This document shows positions 26,401-40,048 of a DNA stretch of 64,000 nucleotides, piece after piece. Source of the stretch: Auanema rhodensis (taxonomy: Eukaryota > Animalia > Nematoda); NCBI GenBank assembly GCA_964057225.1, contig OZ059896.1, positions 15,376,001 through 15,440,000 of the forward strand. Reading direction: 5' to 3'. The notes under the pieces were generated by a model. The model was not told where the DNA came from, did no database searches, and worked only from the letters and a program-made list of their open reading frames with translations. Positions within the stretch are counted from its first letter, which is position 1, and every line of letters begins with the position of its first letter. The position numbers and the translations under genes were made by a program.

Positions 26401-27755
26401 GAAGTTTGAACACATTCATTTACTATGTGTATATAGTATGATAGTTAAGTATATATATTTAATACTTAATAGCTTTTTCATCAATATCTTCGTTATCATA
26501 TGATAATCAAAGATCGTCTTCATGTCATCATCAAACGGCTAAATGCTTATTCTATCACTCTTCGTTTTCGTTTGTTCTTCAGAAAGAAGAAATGCGAAAA
26601 CAGTTCAAGAATCATAATCAATCGAACCACCTTCTATCTTTTTTTCTTTCCCGGAAAAAAAAGATTATAATCAAGCCACCTTACCTTAAGCATGGGGAAG
26701 TGAGTAACACCATTTTCACGACAAATCTGAGTATTGAACGAGTCAGCACAGTTCATAACAGCAACTGTAACAACGTTGTTCCATTCCTTAACCATTCCAG
26801 CAAATTGCCGGAAGAAAGGAGCAAATGCACGACAATGACCACACCTGAAAGAAATTTGTTGAATCATACTGTAACTATACTATTTATAAATAGATATAAG
26901 CAAGTTGTGTATGTATGTCTATAACAGCTAATATTCATATGCATCTTTCCCTCATTCATGTCTTTCAAATCATTTCAATGGCAAGACGACTAAATTGTTT
27001 TTTTTTTCAATCACGTAAAATGTTTTTGAACATCTTACACGGCGAACCCCTACAACCATAAAGCGGAATTATGCTCCTACGAATGAAACAAGCGAAATAT
27101 CTTCGGCTTCTCGGCCTGATTGAACAATGCGTACGTGAATTTGATCGCAAACGTTTTTTTTTTTCATATTTGTCAAGATGAAAAAAGGGATGAGAGATGT
27201 TCTTTCTCTTCGCAAAGTAGTCGCCGTAAAGAGGATATCGATTTCATAACAAAGCAAATAGATTCCGGATGTTATTTTCGGCGAGATGTTGATGACGATG
27301 TTGTCGTGAAGCTGTGATGAGCTTGCGAACGAGTAGGTCAACGGCACCCCATATGAACTCGCACCTCTCTCCGCACCTCACTTCACTATGTGATGAGAGT
27401 TGATTGGCTAACATGTTAACAATCAAGCTGCTGACGATTTAAAAGTAAACACATCAAGATTCTTGGAGTTTTGACACTTTGTGTTTCGAATATTATAAAT
27501 TTCAAACAAGCTTGACTACACATCACAACGTTGTACAAGTGCATAAGAAACTTACCAATCAGCATAGAATTCGATGACAAAAGCTTTATCTTGACCATAT
27601 ACTGTATCAGAAAATGTCTGTTGGTCCAAATGCATGATGGGCTCGAATCCAGGCGTGTATAAGGTAGGATTGCTACCCATAGGTACATAATTCATCGAAG
27701 AGATGGCTGCATGACCCACAGCCACCATGGATAGGGCCCAGGATGCCCAAAACAT
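23489..27755 (-). CDS. QSOX: Quiescin sulfhydryl oxidase (thioredoxin + Erv/ALR domains), secreted; multi-exon
   Basis: Signal peptide MFWASWALSMVAVGHA, thioredoxin FYADW|CGHC, Erv region RGYTCGLWTTFH and FGCQHC, YLWRAHNIVNNRL, QFPPPFLCPTC. Stop TAA 23489-23491. Confidence 0.93.
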
Positions 27756-30700
27756 CACCTGTCTGCAAAGACATGAGATTTAATATGTGAATATGATAAT
27801 GATAATACTAATAGAGACAATAAGAAATATGACAAGAAATGACAGGAATTTGAAGAAAAAAACGAAAAGATAATTCCAAATATACAAAGATAAAGAATTT
27901 CATTCAGTTACACTATTTCAATACAAGAAATCTAAATGATCAGGACACTTGAAGATCGAAAAATGAATCAAAGTGGTTCGCCAGACAGGTCTATACTAGA
28001 GCCATATAGTCTAACCCGTGAAAAGTGACTTCAAAAGTGAAATCTGACAAGAAAAGGATTGCTGCAAGGATGCATAAAGAAAGAAAGAAGAAGGTTGTGA
28101 GAAAAAAAACGGAAAATGGATAAAGACGAAAAGTCGCCTCGACGAGAAGATGGCGACATCAACAGAGAAACCATTAACAACATGAATATAGTCATTTATT
28201 AGTTGTGACCTCAGTTAAGTGATGAATTGTGAATGCGTTGGAAAAATTGTTTCAGGCTTAGATGCTAGTCAGGAATGGTCTCTATCACAATCTATCATTC
28301 AACATCATTCTTTTTCGATCTTTTCGCTCACTCACTCACTATCTCACTATCTCAATCTCACTTTTTGAGAAGCACGGAGCGACATCAAAAAGAGCCAGCA
28401 CATTGGAAATGACCAGAGGCATTCCAACTTTAGACATTTAAAGCGGAAGGTTTGTGAACCGCAAACAGACGCCCCTTTCTGATTGGTATGAGAGAAAGAC
28501 GTTAACATCGAGTTAAATAAGATGCATGAGAAAAACAAGACATAACAATAAAACTTGTTGGTCAAATGGCTGTTGCATTGGCCCGCGCTACTATTCAACA
28601 TGGTCAATGCCTAAAAAGTAGAGGAATAGAAAACAGAAGTCGAGACGAATGGATGGCACAACGATGATGATGTGGCACGCCAGAAATAGAAGAAGCAGAA
28701 GCGCAATGTCATAACTTTTACCAGACAAGAGTTGTTTACTATAAGAGTTAAAGCGCAACTTGATTACATTGTTACTTACAATCAGGAAAAAGAAAAAAGA
28801 AAAGAAAGAAAAAGTTGTGGATGATGAAGCAGTGTCAAACAGAAACAATCAAGTATTTACTTACAAATTTCCAAAAAAAAAAAGTAGAAACAGTGAAATA
28901 AATAGTTGTATGAAATTAAGGAATGAAGATAGGCTGAAGTTCGAAAAGATTGCCACAGGTCGGGGGGAAAAGGTTGAAAGTGGGGAAAGAGGTCGAGAGA
29001 GTCAGAGAAAACAGTTCAACTGATAACAATCTATGTGTGGAAATGAAGTTATTCAATTACTGTATTGTTATTATTTTCAATATAATTAAAGAAAGAATAT
29101 GTAAAAAAAACAGTTGATTTATATGTGAATTGACAAGGAAAAAATAAGTCTCGAAGAGTGGCTGCTGTGGAATTCAAAAATTGCACATGATTTCAACTGA
29201 TAAGATAGGTAGAAAAGCTAAGAGAAGAAAAGAAGAATGAAGAAAAAATAAAGAAATCATTTCAAAGAAGAGAAAGAGAGAATATGAATGTAAAAAGAAA
29301 ACGAGGATAGAAAAATCACATAAATAGTATCAGAAAGAAATGAAAATTAGCTGACAAGTAATGAAGCAAATGAGCACGTGCTTGTTCAGTTGTTCTTCGA
29401 GCTGGAAGCAATAAAGGAAGAATTTTTTCCCATAGAATAGAATAATCCATAAGGTTATCAAAGAAATAATGAACAGATACAGCCATGAAAATATGATGAG
29501 GAATTGAAGAAGCTGTAGCAAATAGAATGATGCACAAACAAAATACAAACAATTCAGATTGGACGTTCTTTGCGTCCGGATGCTCTTCCTATCATCTTTA
29601 GGTCTGAAGTCTCAAAATTCTGCTTTTCAGAGCAAAAAGGAAAATAATGAAGATGAATAGGAAAAGGGGGAAACGACAGATGAAGTGAGAGACTCTTGAG
29701 AATTATTAATTGAATATATGAATAGCGATCAAACGATATTCTTTATATCTTTTAATTCAGTGAAAATCAGACTGAAGGTGAGATACAGATCTCCAGATTA
29801 TAGCTCTCAGCGAGACGACTCGCATATCCACAGAATCATGCAAAAAGGGCAAACTGAAAGTGACAAGAATCAAACCAATTGAATCAGGTTAATCGTTTTA
29901 ATGCTATACTTCTTCTTTGTCTTTTTCAACATCCACGTCTCAGGGGTTATCCCGTTATCTAAATGCCAATGATGTTTTGCATTTTAAAGTTTTACGTGTA
30001 TATGTCTTTTACAACTTTTTCTTCACTTTTCGCATAAACAGTCTCAGGCATAAATTGAACACAGAGAGAAAGAGAACGTGAATATCATTTAAACGTATGT
30101 ACATTAGAGCGAGAGAGAAAGAGAGAGAAGCGAAGAATCTATTGCAAACGTGATGATCAACGTTCTTCATGCATACAAGTCGTCGTCATCAATTCAAATT
30201 AACTTCACGTAGCGGGAAGTTTCGCTAATGAACTTTTCATATTGCGGTCAACATAACAACAACAAAAAAAAGAATGTTTGACAACTTAACAATATTTATG
30301 ATGACCATCACTATCAATTCGACGATGTCATCGTACAATTGTTTAAATCGTTATACTCTTGTAATCATTGATAATTCTCATGTTCTCGAATTTTTTGTTC
30401 GACATCAAATGGTCAATTTCATTGAAGGCCATCTCTTCTCATCTTCACCGTTGTCGTTATCGTCATCACAGACGAGAAGGTGAAAGCTAGCAGCGTAAAA
30501 GGAAGGCTATCCCTTTACCTTTTACACACGCACTTCCTGTCTTCTCATCCCGATCACATCGTTGTACATCCCACACACACACAGACATACACACACACAT
30601 CTATAGTATTGAATACTGATGATGAATGAAAAGGTAAAATGATTCAGAAACATGTGTGTAACATTTACATTTTTATTTTCTTTTGAATTACGTTTAGTAA

Positions 30701-33700
30701 TGGAGGGAAATCCCATAAAATTTAGGTCAAAATTTTAAAAAAATGGCCAAATGATTTTCTTTGAATTCACGCTGTTCAGCATGTAAGGGCCAAGAGGGGG
30801 AGGGAGAGCTACATGCTTTATGGCGTCAAGTTGTCTTTGGCTTTAAAACCTTATCACATCATTATCATTTTCTCTATTGGGTTATAGATTCAAAATAAAA
30901 TTCTGCTTATGACCCATTAAAATAAGAAAAATGAAGACAAAGAAAAGTCATGTGTGTGTTTGTAGTAAGTCTAGATTATAAGAGAAATGCAATAAATTAA
31001 AAGAAAAATGTAATTTCAGATCAATTAGACTTGATTAGGAATACCTGAATCAGATAGTAACGTATGTACAGTAAGAGTAGTAAGCCTCTCTTGCAGCTAA
31101 ATACAAACAATATCTTTGTGGCATGCTATATGGCTTATAGTGAAAAGACTTATGATATCTCAGACTATGCAGAAGAGAAGCCGTATGACGGTGATGATGA
31201 CTGGTGATGAGACTGAGGTGATGAGGTTTACGAGCTCTCCGATCAGGCTCCGACTGTCTGCAACTGTTGGACGTGGGGCGCCGCCCCGCCCCTTTGGACC
31301 GGGCGCCAGATCCCAATGTCGCAAAAATTGGCTTCGTTTGTGTTTACTTTTTGTATTACCTGCTCTGTTCAGTTCTTTCTCTCCTTCTTTTTCCCTCACT
31401 TTTTTGTCTCTCTCTTACTCTCGCCACTACTTGTTCTCCGTCTATTTCAAGGAGTTATTGCTTTCTTCACTTAGTCTCCTCATCATCTTTCTTCCCATCC
31501 AGCCTCTCATCATTCGTAGCTTTTTCTGAATATCCGTTAATCTATGTTCTTCTCATTCATTCTAACATTCATTTATCTCGTCGGCATTCGAAAGAGCGAT
31601 TCGCAGCCAGGTACATGAACGGATGAGTCAGACACAAAGTTGTTGAATGTATGAAGACAATGTATGTTCTTGATAATTGGATGAACACACATACATACAC
31701 ATAACTACTACACACATCATACAATGCCCATATCAGATAATTTGAGAAACAAGTAAGAACACGTAATAAATGATTTTATGTGAAGCTTGGGCGTTCTGTT
31801 TAGACGTTGACACGCTTTTCCAGCAAACCAATCTCTCTCTTTCTCTCAATTCCATCTGCTTCCTTCTCACCTATTCTTTGCTTCCTTTTTCATTTTTTGA
31901 TTTGTCTATTGACATTGCCTTTTAGGGGGTTGGAAGGAGCTGAGTATAAAAGTTTCTAAACTTAACTTTCACAATGTGAATGATTACAATATACAAAAAA
32001 TCAATAACATTGTCTGTTTGTACTAATAAAAACACATTTCAATGAATTTTATAATAATCTTTGGCTTATTTCAACACCTTGAAATTACTTATTCAAACTA
32101 TCAAGTTCATTGTAAATGATAGAAGGAATTTGAGGAATGCCCTGAGGGCAAACGGCAAAGGTCTGTGAGTCAGCTTAACATCATTATCATTATCTCATTG
32201 ACATTTTCGATAAGCACTTAAGCTAACAATGAACTTGTCTTAGTTTGACTGGCGTTAATAGGCAGAGTTGAAAGGACACAAAAGAGCCAGAAGCTTAAGA
32301 CTGATTAAGGTTTGGTTGAATTTCAAGATGCCATTCAACGTGTTCCGGGAGAAAAATAGTTCAGATGTGAAGTATATCAAGGAATAATACGTTAAACAAG
32401 AATTATTGTTAAGAACTATAATGTGTAGATAATTGAAGCACAAAAATTATTACTGATGATGAAATCAACAGATGCTATCAGCTTTCTCACATCGAGTTAT
32501 AAGCTTATCACTTCATCAGTAGGACAACAAACGTCATTTTTTCGAAAAAAAAAGTAGGAGCAAACGACTGCTCTTTCATAAGGCGTCAGGTACAAGTCGG
32601 ATGAAGTGAGAGGTACACGAATGATCAAGTTAACGCCAGAGACTGACGAAGATATAACCGAACTCTACGAAAACGATCAAGAGTGTGCAAGAAGTTATTG
32701 GTGATGAGAATTCAAAGAAGCAAACGGATGGACACGGCTCAGAATTGAAAATGCTAAGAAAGCACTGACGAGAGACATAAGAGTTTCCCGGAATGAGGCT
32801 CGCCAAGTGGATACGAGATTAAGTGAATAAGTAGATAGTACAACAAGATGAGAGACAGGAAACAGATAGCCTTCACTTCACGTGGGTCATAATACTGGAT
32901 TTGATATCTGCTCATCTTCATGTTAAACATCTTCTCTATACAACATAAGTGAAATGACAAATCTGAATGTACGTGATAGTTTTTTGAGCTAAAAATAACT
33001 ATATGTAGTATATATGATATGGAATATCCATTAAAACAAATACAAAAAGAATAGAAAGAACGAATATTTGAAACACAAAAACCTCAAAACTGTTCAATGG
33101 AATAGTACATGATAGTAAGTAAAGGTAGGATTCGGAGAATAAAGATGAACCAATACTCAGGTAGCCTCTACAGATTTTATGGCAAAATCTGCTGATGATG
33201 GCGTTGGAAACAGCTTTCGTTTTTTTTTAAGAAAAAAAAATTTGATTGGAATATTGCAGTCTTTTTGTCTGCTTGTGATAACATGTTCAAATCAAGCAGC
33301 TGTATCGAAACTTTTATTTCGTTTATCTTAACTCATTATTGTCTCACACTGATCATCGCGAAACGAATCGTTCTCGTCGCCGGGAGCGTGCTATGTCCAA
33401 TGTCTACACAGACGCCCAGAGGCGCCAAGCAACCGGATTGAATGAGGAGAGACATAGCTATTTATTTATATTGAAACGACGATTAAGAGAAGATGAAGAC
33501 GAAGAAAAGAAAAAGACAAATAGGAAAAGATAGAGTGATTGTTGGATAAGATGCTGATGAAAGTGATAAGATGACAAGGAGAAGGAGAATAAGACGACGA
33601 TGATGGAAACCACGTGAAGTGTCTTTCGTTTTCTTTCTAAACGTAAAGGTGATTGGATACAATATGTGGCACGGATGGATGATACATGGACTGAGATTTC

Positions 33701-34214
33701 AAGTTCAAACAACAATAGAAAAAAAAATTGTTGGTCCAAAGTGTTAAGTGAATAGAAGGCGTTTGTAAGCTATACTATAACTTTTAACTATCTAATAAGT
33801 TTGTGGCAATTTTCATGCATTTTTAATTATATTTGCCATTACGTTTTGGCAAAACATCAACAAAATGAAGGAGGAGGAAGATAAGCTATATTAATATTAT
33901 GACTGAAATGGAAGAAAACAAAGAGATGAGAGAGAAAAACAGTGTGTATGTGAAAAGAAGAGAGAAGAAAGAAAAATAGATGATGAGAAGGAGATGGAGG
34001 TTCTTGTGAACTAGGAAAAAACAATGTTTGTGTTGGAAGTGTCGTTCCGAAAACTAACAAAAGAGGATACAAGGCTTGATAAAGTTTGAAAGACAAATAC
34101 ATGCGTTTGATTAGAAACATTCAATTTCAAACGGTAGAAACAAGATTTACTGCAAACCAAGCATAACTAAAGCAAGTCAAGAAAAGAAGGGCAGCAAGAC
34201 GATGATTTGATGAA

Positions 34215-34235
34215 ACAATCTTCGTCTATGGTATA

Positions 34236-34269
<34 letters not shown>

Positions 34270-34279
34270 ATAGACGAAG

Positions 34280-34284
<5 letters not shown>
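34215..34284. repeat. Perfect 22-bp inverted repeat enclosing (AT)n and followed by (AT)n
   Basis: ACAATCTTCGTCTATGGTATAT ... ATATACCATAGACGAAGATTGT. Confidence 0.9.
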
Positions 34285-34322
<38 letters not shown>

Positions 34323-37300
34323 TTATTTATGTTTCAGGATAATTAAGAAAAATGAAAGATTAAAATAGAAATCAGAACTTGATTGATCATTGAATGACTA
34401 TAGACAGAGGAAAAACTGCTCACCGATCATAATTACGGACAAAGTTGATTTGTCCTGTGTTCATAGTTAATTCGTCACGTTTCAAGTTATCTTCCATCCA
34501 GATTTCCGTGTGTATAACAACGTAAATCAAAGATGAGAAATCTATCGTGTAAAGGTAAACAGATAACGATGAGCCAGGTGCGAGATTTTGATTTAAAGTT
34601 TTATGGAACCCGCTAAGAATTAAAATGACCTGTCGATGTTTTAAAAAAAACTTAATACGTTGTTATGAAACATACAAGTTTCCCCAAGAGTAAGATGTAA
34701 AATAAAATAACTTTTGACAGGCAGAGGAAAAGGGGAAAGGGTATATTACTGCCGAAGATCATATCAACCAATGTTCATTTGTGTATTCGATGCTCATGAC
34801 CTATGATGACTGAAATGATGACAAGAACGTAACTATTTCACGTGACATCGTCAGATTAGAACTATTTTCAAGTAGTACCAAAGATACTGTTCAAATACAG
34901 GATAATATTTTTATTGGAACACTTATCCTCTACTTTCTCTATTATACTTTGTATCAATCTCTAGCACTTTCATCATTTTTGTTCTTATAGTAAAGAGAGT
35001 CAATTACAGTCAAAAAGTACAGAACTGGTTGATTTTCAACTTTTCAAGATCTATATTCAACTACTGAAGAATGCTATCTTCAAAATTTGGAACTTTCAAT
35101 CCTACAGTATCTTAATTCCAGCAGCAGTTTTGTCAGTGTTGGGAGATTGGTCAACAAACAATATTGAATGAGCCGCAAAAGCTGATATGCACAGTGATAT
35201 CCGGATAGAGGAAACATCATCTTCCGGTTTAAATCATGTTCCGAACTGTTGCAAATCACTTTTTCGTCGAACTCTACATCTCAAAACCAAAAAAAACCGG
35301 CTGATATATGCTTGTCAACATATGTCAGCTTTTCTGCCTTACAACATCTTATATTTCAAACAATTCGGAAACTGTTAGAACATCGGAAAAAAACGAATCC
35401 ACTTAACCTCTGACCGTCGTCAAGCCAAATTGACAGAATAATGAGCCGAAAACGAAAAAAACCAGACCGTGAGGACTATCTAGGATATGAAGAGATAAAG
35501 AGAGAAGATGAAAAGTAAAAGGCATAGGTACGAGTGAAGAAAAAGGAATATTGGCGCAGCTCAGACAATCACCTAGACTGAATACAGGATGTACAGTCTG
35601 GATAGAGTATATACGACTACTGTCCGACTTGTTGCATCTCTTTTCTCATTTCTTAGTGTACGTTTTCATTTTAACATCCTCTTCAACTCTTGTTCCGTCA
35701 TTTTGATCCAAACGTGAGGACGATCAAACGGAACCGAGGGGCGTTGTCCAAAGATTTTTTGTAACTCTTGGGGGGTATGTAAAAGATAAATTCCATCACC
35801 ATTTAATAGGATACAAGATGATGTCAGCTAAACACACACAAAGTAATTTTTAAACAATTCAAACTGTCATTCTCCTTGAACTTTTTCTCATTTTCTAGCT
35901 AGAATACATCAGATGTAATCATCTTAGAATAATAATACGTAATAAATAGAAATCAATTGAAAAAAAGAGCAATTCAGTCTGTAGGCATTGCAAATGTTTA
36001 AGTCTTAAGAAACAAAATATATTATATATAAGAGGCAGTCCAACGTAATTGGGGAGAAAAAACCAGAAATATCAAACAAAAATCCGAAAAATTAGAATAA
36101 ACTGACTAACCTTTAAGCTGCAAATCATTTGCGCACAACCGGTTAGTGCGTCTTTTTCACTTCAAATGAGCAATATCATGTCACGTCAACTTCACGTAAG
36201 ACGCGTTAACAAACATTTGGCAATTAGCATATAGCTTAGATACTTATATTTAATATGCAAATATTCACGTAGAATAAAAGATCAAAAAGCAATTTGTGGA
36301 TTTTATTTCATTTTCTTAAATTATCAAAATATTTTCAATTTTTTCACAAAATGATGGATGTATATGTCATGTACGGATATAGGATGCATATAGGATATGG
36401 CTAAAGTAATATTATTTTGAATTTAGCTTCATTTGGAGGAAAAAATGAAGTAAAATCAAGAAAATTTGTATTATTTAAGTATAATTTGTACAAAAAAATC
36501 TATTTTCAATTTGTGTTTTCTAACTTAGTTGTTTCAACTTGCTTGGTTTTTGAGTAGTCTAGTCTTCACGCCTTTCGTCATTCAAGCAAATATGCGTACA
36601 TGTAATTAGAGAGAAATATTTAAACGGGAAACAAAGAAGAAGGGAGAAGAAGAAACATAAAAAGAGAGAGAGACAAAAGAAAGAGATTTTGTACAATTAG
36701 AGATTAAGCTGATCAAGAAGCACACGTGGTGGACAGTCGGAGCAAAACGAAGGAAATAAAAAAAAACGAAAATAGACCGAAAGTAAACTATAAGATACAT
36801 ATTTATTTACGTTTTTTCTTAATGAAAAGCTCAATTAGAGGGAGCACAATCCGAAACATAAGTAAATTGAAAAAAATGTTTTTTCCAGATCATATGGCAG
36901 GATATTCAGTAAATAATCGTTAATTGACATATCTAAACTATCTGCATATACTAGATATATTATAGGAAAAATTAGCAGAAATATTGAATATAATTTTGCA
37001 GAAAAATGAAGAGTAGAGATGAAGTATATTGTGGTCAACGCAAAAACACCCTAGGGAGTAGCATGAGAGCAAGATTTGAGCTGTGCAAATGAAATCTAAA
37101 GATTGTTGGGTACCCGACAAGTCTTGATTTCATTGAAAAAAACTTTCAGCAGATCTTCTTTAGAAATAAGAAGATCTGTGTGAAAAATATACTATGGTAG
37201 TTAATACTCTTTCTAATTACCTAAGCTATATCAGATTAAAAATGTATCTTCAGTGGTTCTTGAAAAGGCATACCAGACTAATCATTGGTCTATCAACTCG

Positions 37301-39979
37301 AATATGTGACGGGAGGCTGGTAAAACTTCAAAGAAAAAATCAGAGGTTGGCATGGATTGAAATGATGAGAAGCTGTAGATTCTTCCTAGTTATGATGTTT
37401 GATTATTTCGTCAACAAGAGTGGTTAAATCAGAAAAGAACAACTAGTTTGCATGATGTTTGAGTACGCAACGCAGAAGAACCACTGAAAAGCTTTAACCG
37501 TTTAGCAAGGGCAAAAAGGTTATCTTTGGGAAGAGGAAATGAGAGACAAGTCAATGTTGATGCCTGCTTCTGCTCCTGTTGAGTAACGGAATTGAGAGCT
37601 ACAGGTCGATTACCGTAAGTCAAACAAGCTGAACAAGATGTAAAAAACGGGAAACGAAAGAAAGGAAATGAATGCAAATAAGCCGACAACGACATGTACG
37701 TGAAAACTACGCCGTCTTCGTTGTCGTCACATACCATCATCAGCAACACCATTAGCAACGTCATCATCTTCACCATTTTCAACATCATTAAAATCATCAT
37801 CACCCTGACAACCTCTAGGATATCTTTATCATTTTCTTTTTCCAAAAAATGCAGAGAATTGCAGTCGTGTGTTGAGGAAACAAAGAGCCGCTATGTGCCA
37901 TAATTCGAAATAAAACGAAACGGACGACGAAGAACGATGAAGATGCTGTGAACGGTTCTGAAGTGGTGAAACTTCGATGGGAACGACTAAGCGATAAGTA
38001 AGAGAACTGAGGAGAAAAAAATCAAAAAAGAACGAAAGAGTTGAAAAGATCAAATGATTGAATCATGTTTCACACTCGTGTGGAACAAGGAGTACGAGAG
38101 AGGGGGAGAAAGAGTAAGAGGGAAAGTACGATTAAATCGTTCAAAGTTAACAGAGAAAGAAAGTTGTTAGTCACTAAGAAACGAGATAATAGGTTGTTGT
38201 ATTCCAAAAAAAACGTATTTTTTCATTAAAAATCAAAAAGTATGTTGATGGAAAATAAGAATAAGAAGATGAAAAAGAAAAAATAAATAATATCTGAAGA
38301 AACTTTACGTATATAGAAAGCAATAGAAAATATGTGGAACTAGACAAATATAGAATTAGACATACTATATCTGGCAGGCCTTAGATTTTCGTTTTTTGTT
38401 TGATGAGATGCGAAGGAAAAACAGAAAGTATTGGCAGAATTTGAAATAAATTTGGGAAAAGCAAGAAAATAATAATAATAACAATCAAACTTAAAGTTTT
38501 AGTTGAATTGGCGGAGAGTGGTAGGTGGAGAGAGATCATAGCACATGAACTCATCAACTGTTGTCATCCAATTAATGATTGGTATAAGAAAGTTGAAGGA
38601 ATTCTCTTTTCTTTCTATTTCTGAAGTAAATAAGATGAGATAATCGTAAACAATAATCCATGAGAGCTAACTACATGACAAGAACAAAGTACTTTATGCT
38701 CTGTTACCTCAACCAATGAACATAACAGAATAAAGTAAAGGTAAATTTATGAAAAAGATAAAGAGAGAGAGAGAGAGAGTGAAAGTGAGAGATAGAGAAA
38801 GAGAGAATGAGGAAAGATAAAGAGAGCAAGGTTTTTTTGGAAATGCCATCCAAATATTACGTATCTCAACTGCAAATAATTGCAGCAGTGAATAAATATT
38901 TTCTAAATACGGTTTGCATTTTCAAATTGCATAACAACCGGTTATCAGATCAGTATTAGTAATGAAATCTATAAACTCAAGTTTTAAATCTAAAATCCGT
39001 TGTAGCATAATAAGTTTATATGATTATACGAATATGTATTCATTTAAAGAATATAGGAATAAAATAAAATAATTTTTATGAATCACAAAAACTATATGAT
39101 TAAACAATCTGAAAAAGTGTTTTCAAACTGTCTGAACTCTCTTGTTTTGTATCATCAGCTGAGTTAATTTCACATTTTTAAACAATGTCAATTTTTGTAA
39201 AAATCTAAACAATATTCAACTGTTATAAAGATATTACAGCTTTATCAATAGTGATTCATTTCGAAATATAGATTTCTTTTATATTTTCATTTTCTCAGAA
39301 AATGTATCAAAACGAATATGGTGACAAGAAAATTGGTAGAGAGAAGGAAGGAGAATGAAGGAAGCATGGTGAATGAATGACATTATTTCAAAATGTACGA
39401 GATGAAATCTTGTTTTTTCCATATTTATATGAAAATTGAATGTTAGTTATACTCATAAATGGTAATGAATTCAGATGAATCATTCAAATATCATTTTTTT
39501 TTCTTTTTGAGGCGTTTGACGTCGTTATGCGTCGTCGTTGTCGTCGTCGTCTTCTTGTCGCCGCCGATCATGCCAATCATTCTCGTCGTTCATTCGATGA
39601 TGAATACGGGATAGATAGTTTAAAAATAACATTGTTACGGGGCAAAAATAAGAAAAACAGCAAAATGGACGTCAGTATTCTAGAAGGGCCGATGACGTTA
39701 TTCATGACATCGTTGGTCCGGCATATAAAAGGTAACCGGTTTCCAAATCTACATCCCTACATACGTATTTGCCACTCCATGTTTCTCGACCTCGCGCTTT
39801 GCCCTCATGAAAGGGTTTTTTTAAAGAAATATTTCCTTTTTGGTTACATGTACGTATTCATTCCTTGCTAATTTAAGTGTATAAAAAGGAGGGAGAGACA
39901 GAGAGAGAAGAATGAGAAAGAAGAAATCGAGAGAGAAAATGAAATAAAAATAGAAATTAAGAGGGAGAGAAAGAGAGAT

Positions 39980-39983
<4 letters not shown>

Positions 39984-40029
<46 letters not shown>

Positions 40030-40048
40030 GGAGAGAGAGAGAGAGAGA
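39984..40048. repeat. (GA)n microsatellite within a purine-rich tract
   Basis: Long GAGAGA runs, directly visible. Confidence 0.9.

Noticed and set aside
21674-35632. ACAAGTCGGA 10-mer seen three times (~21674, ~32592, ~35622 reverse)
   Set aside because: No extended flanking similarity; plausible by chance given multiple testing.
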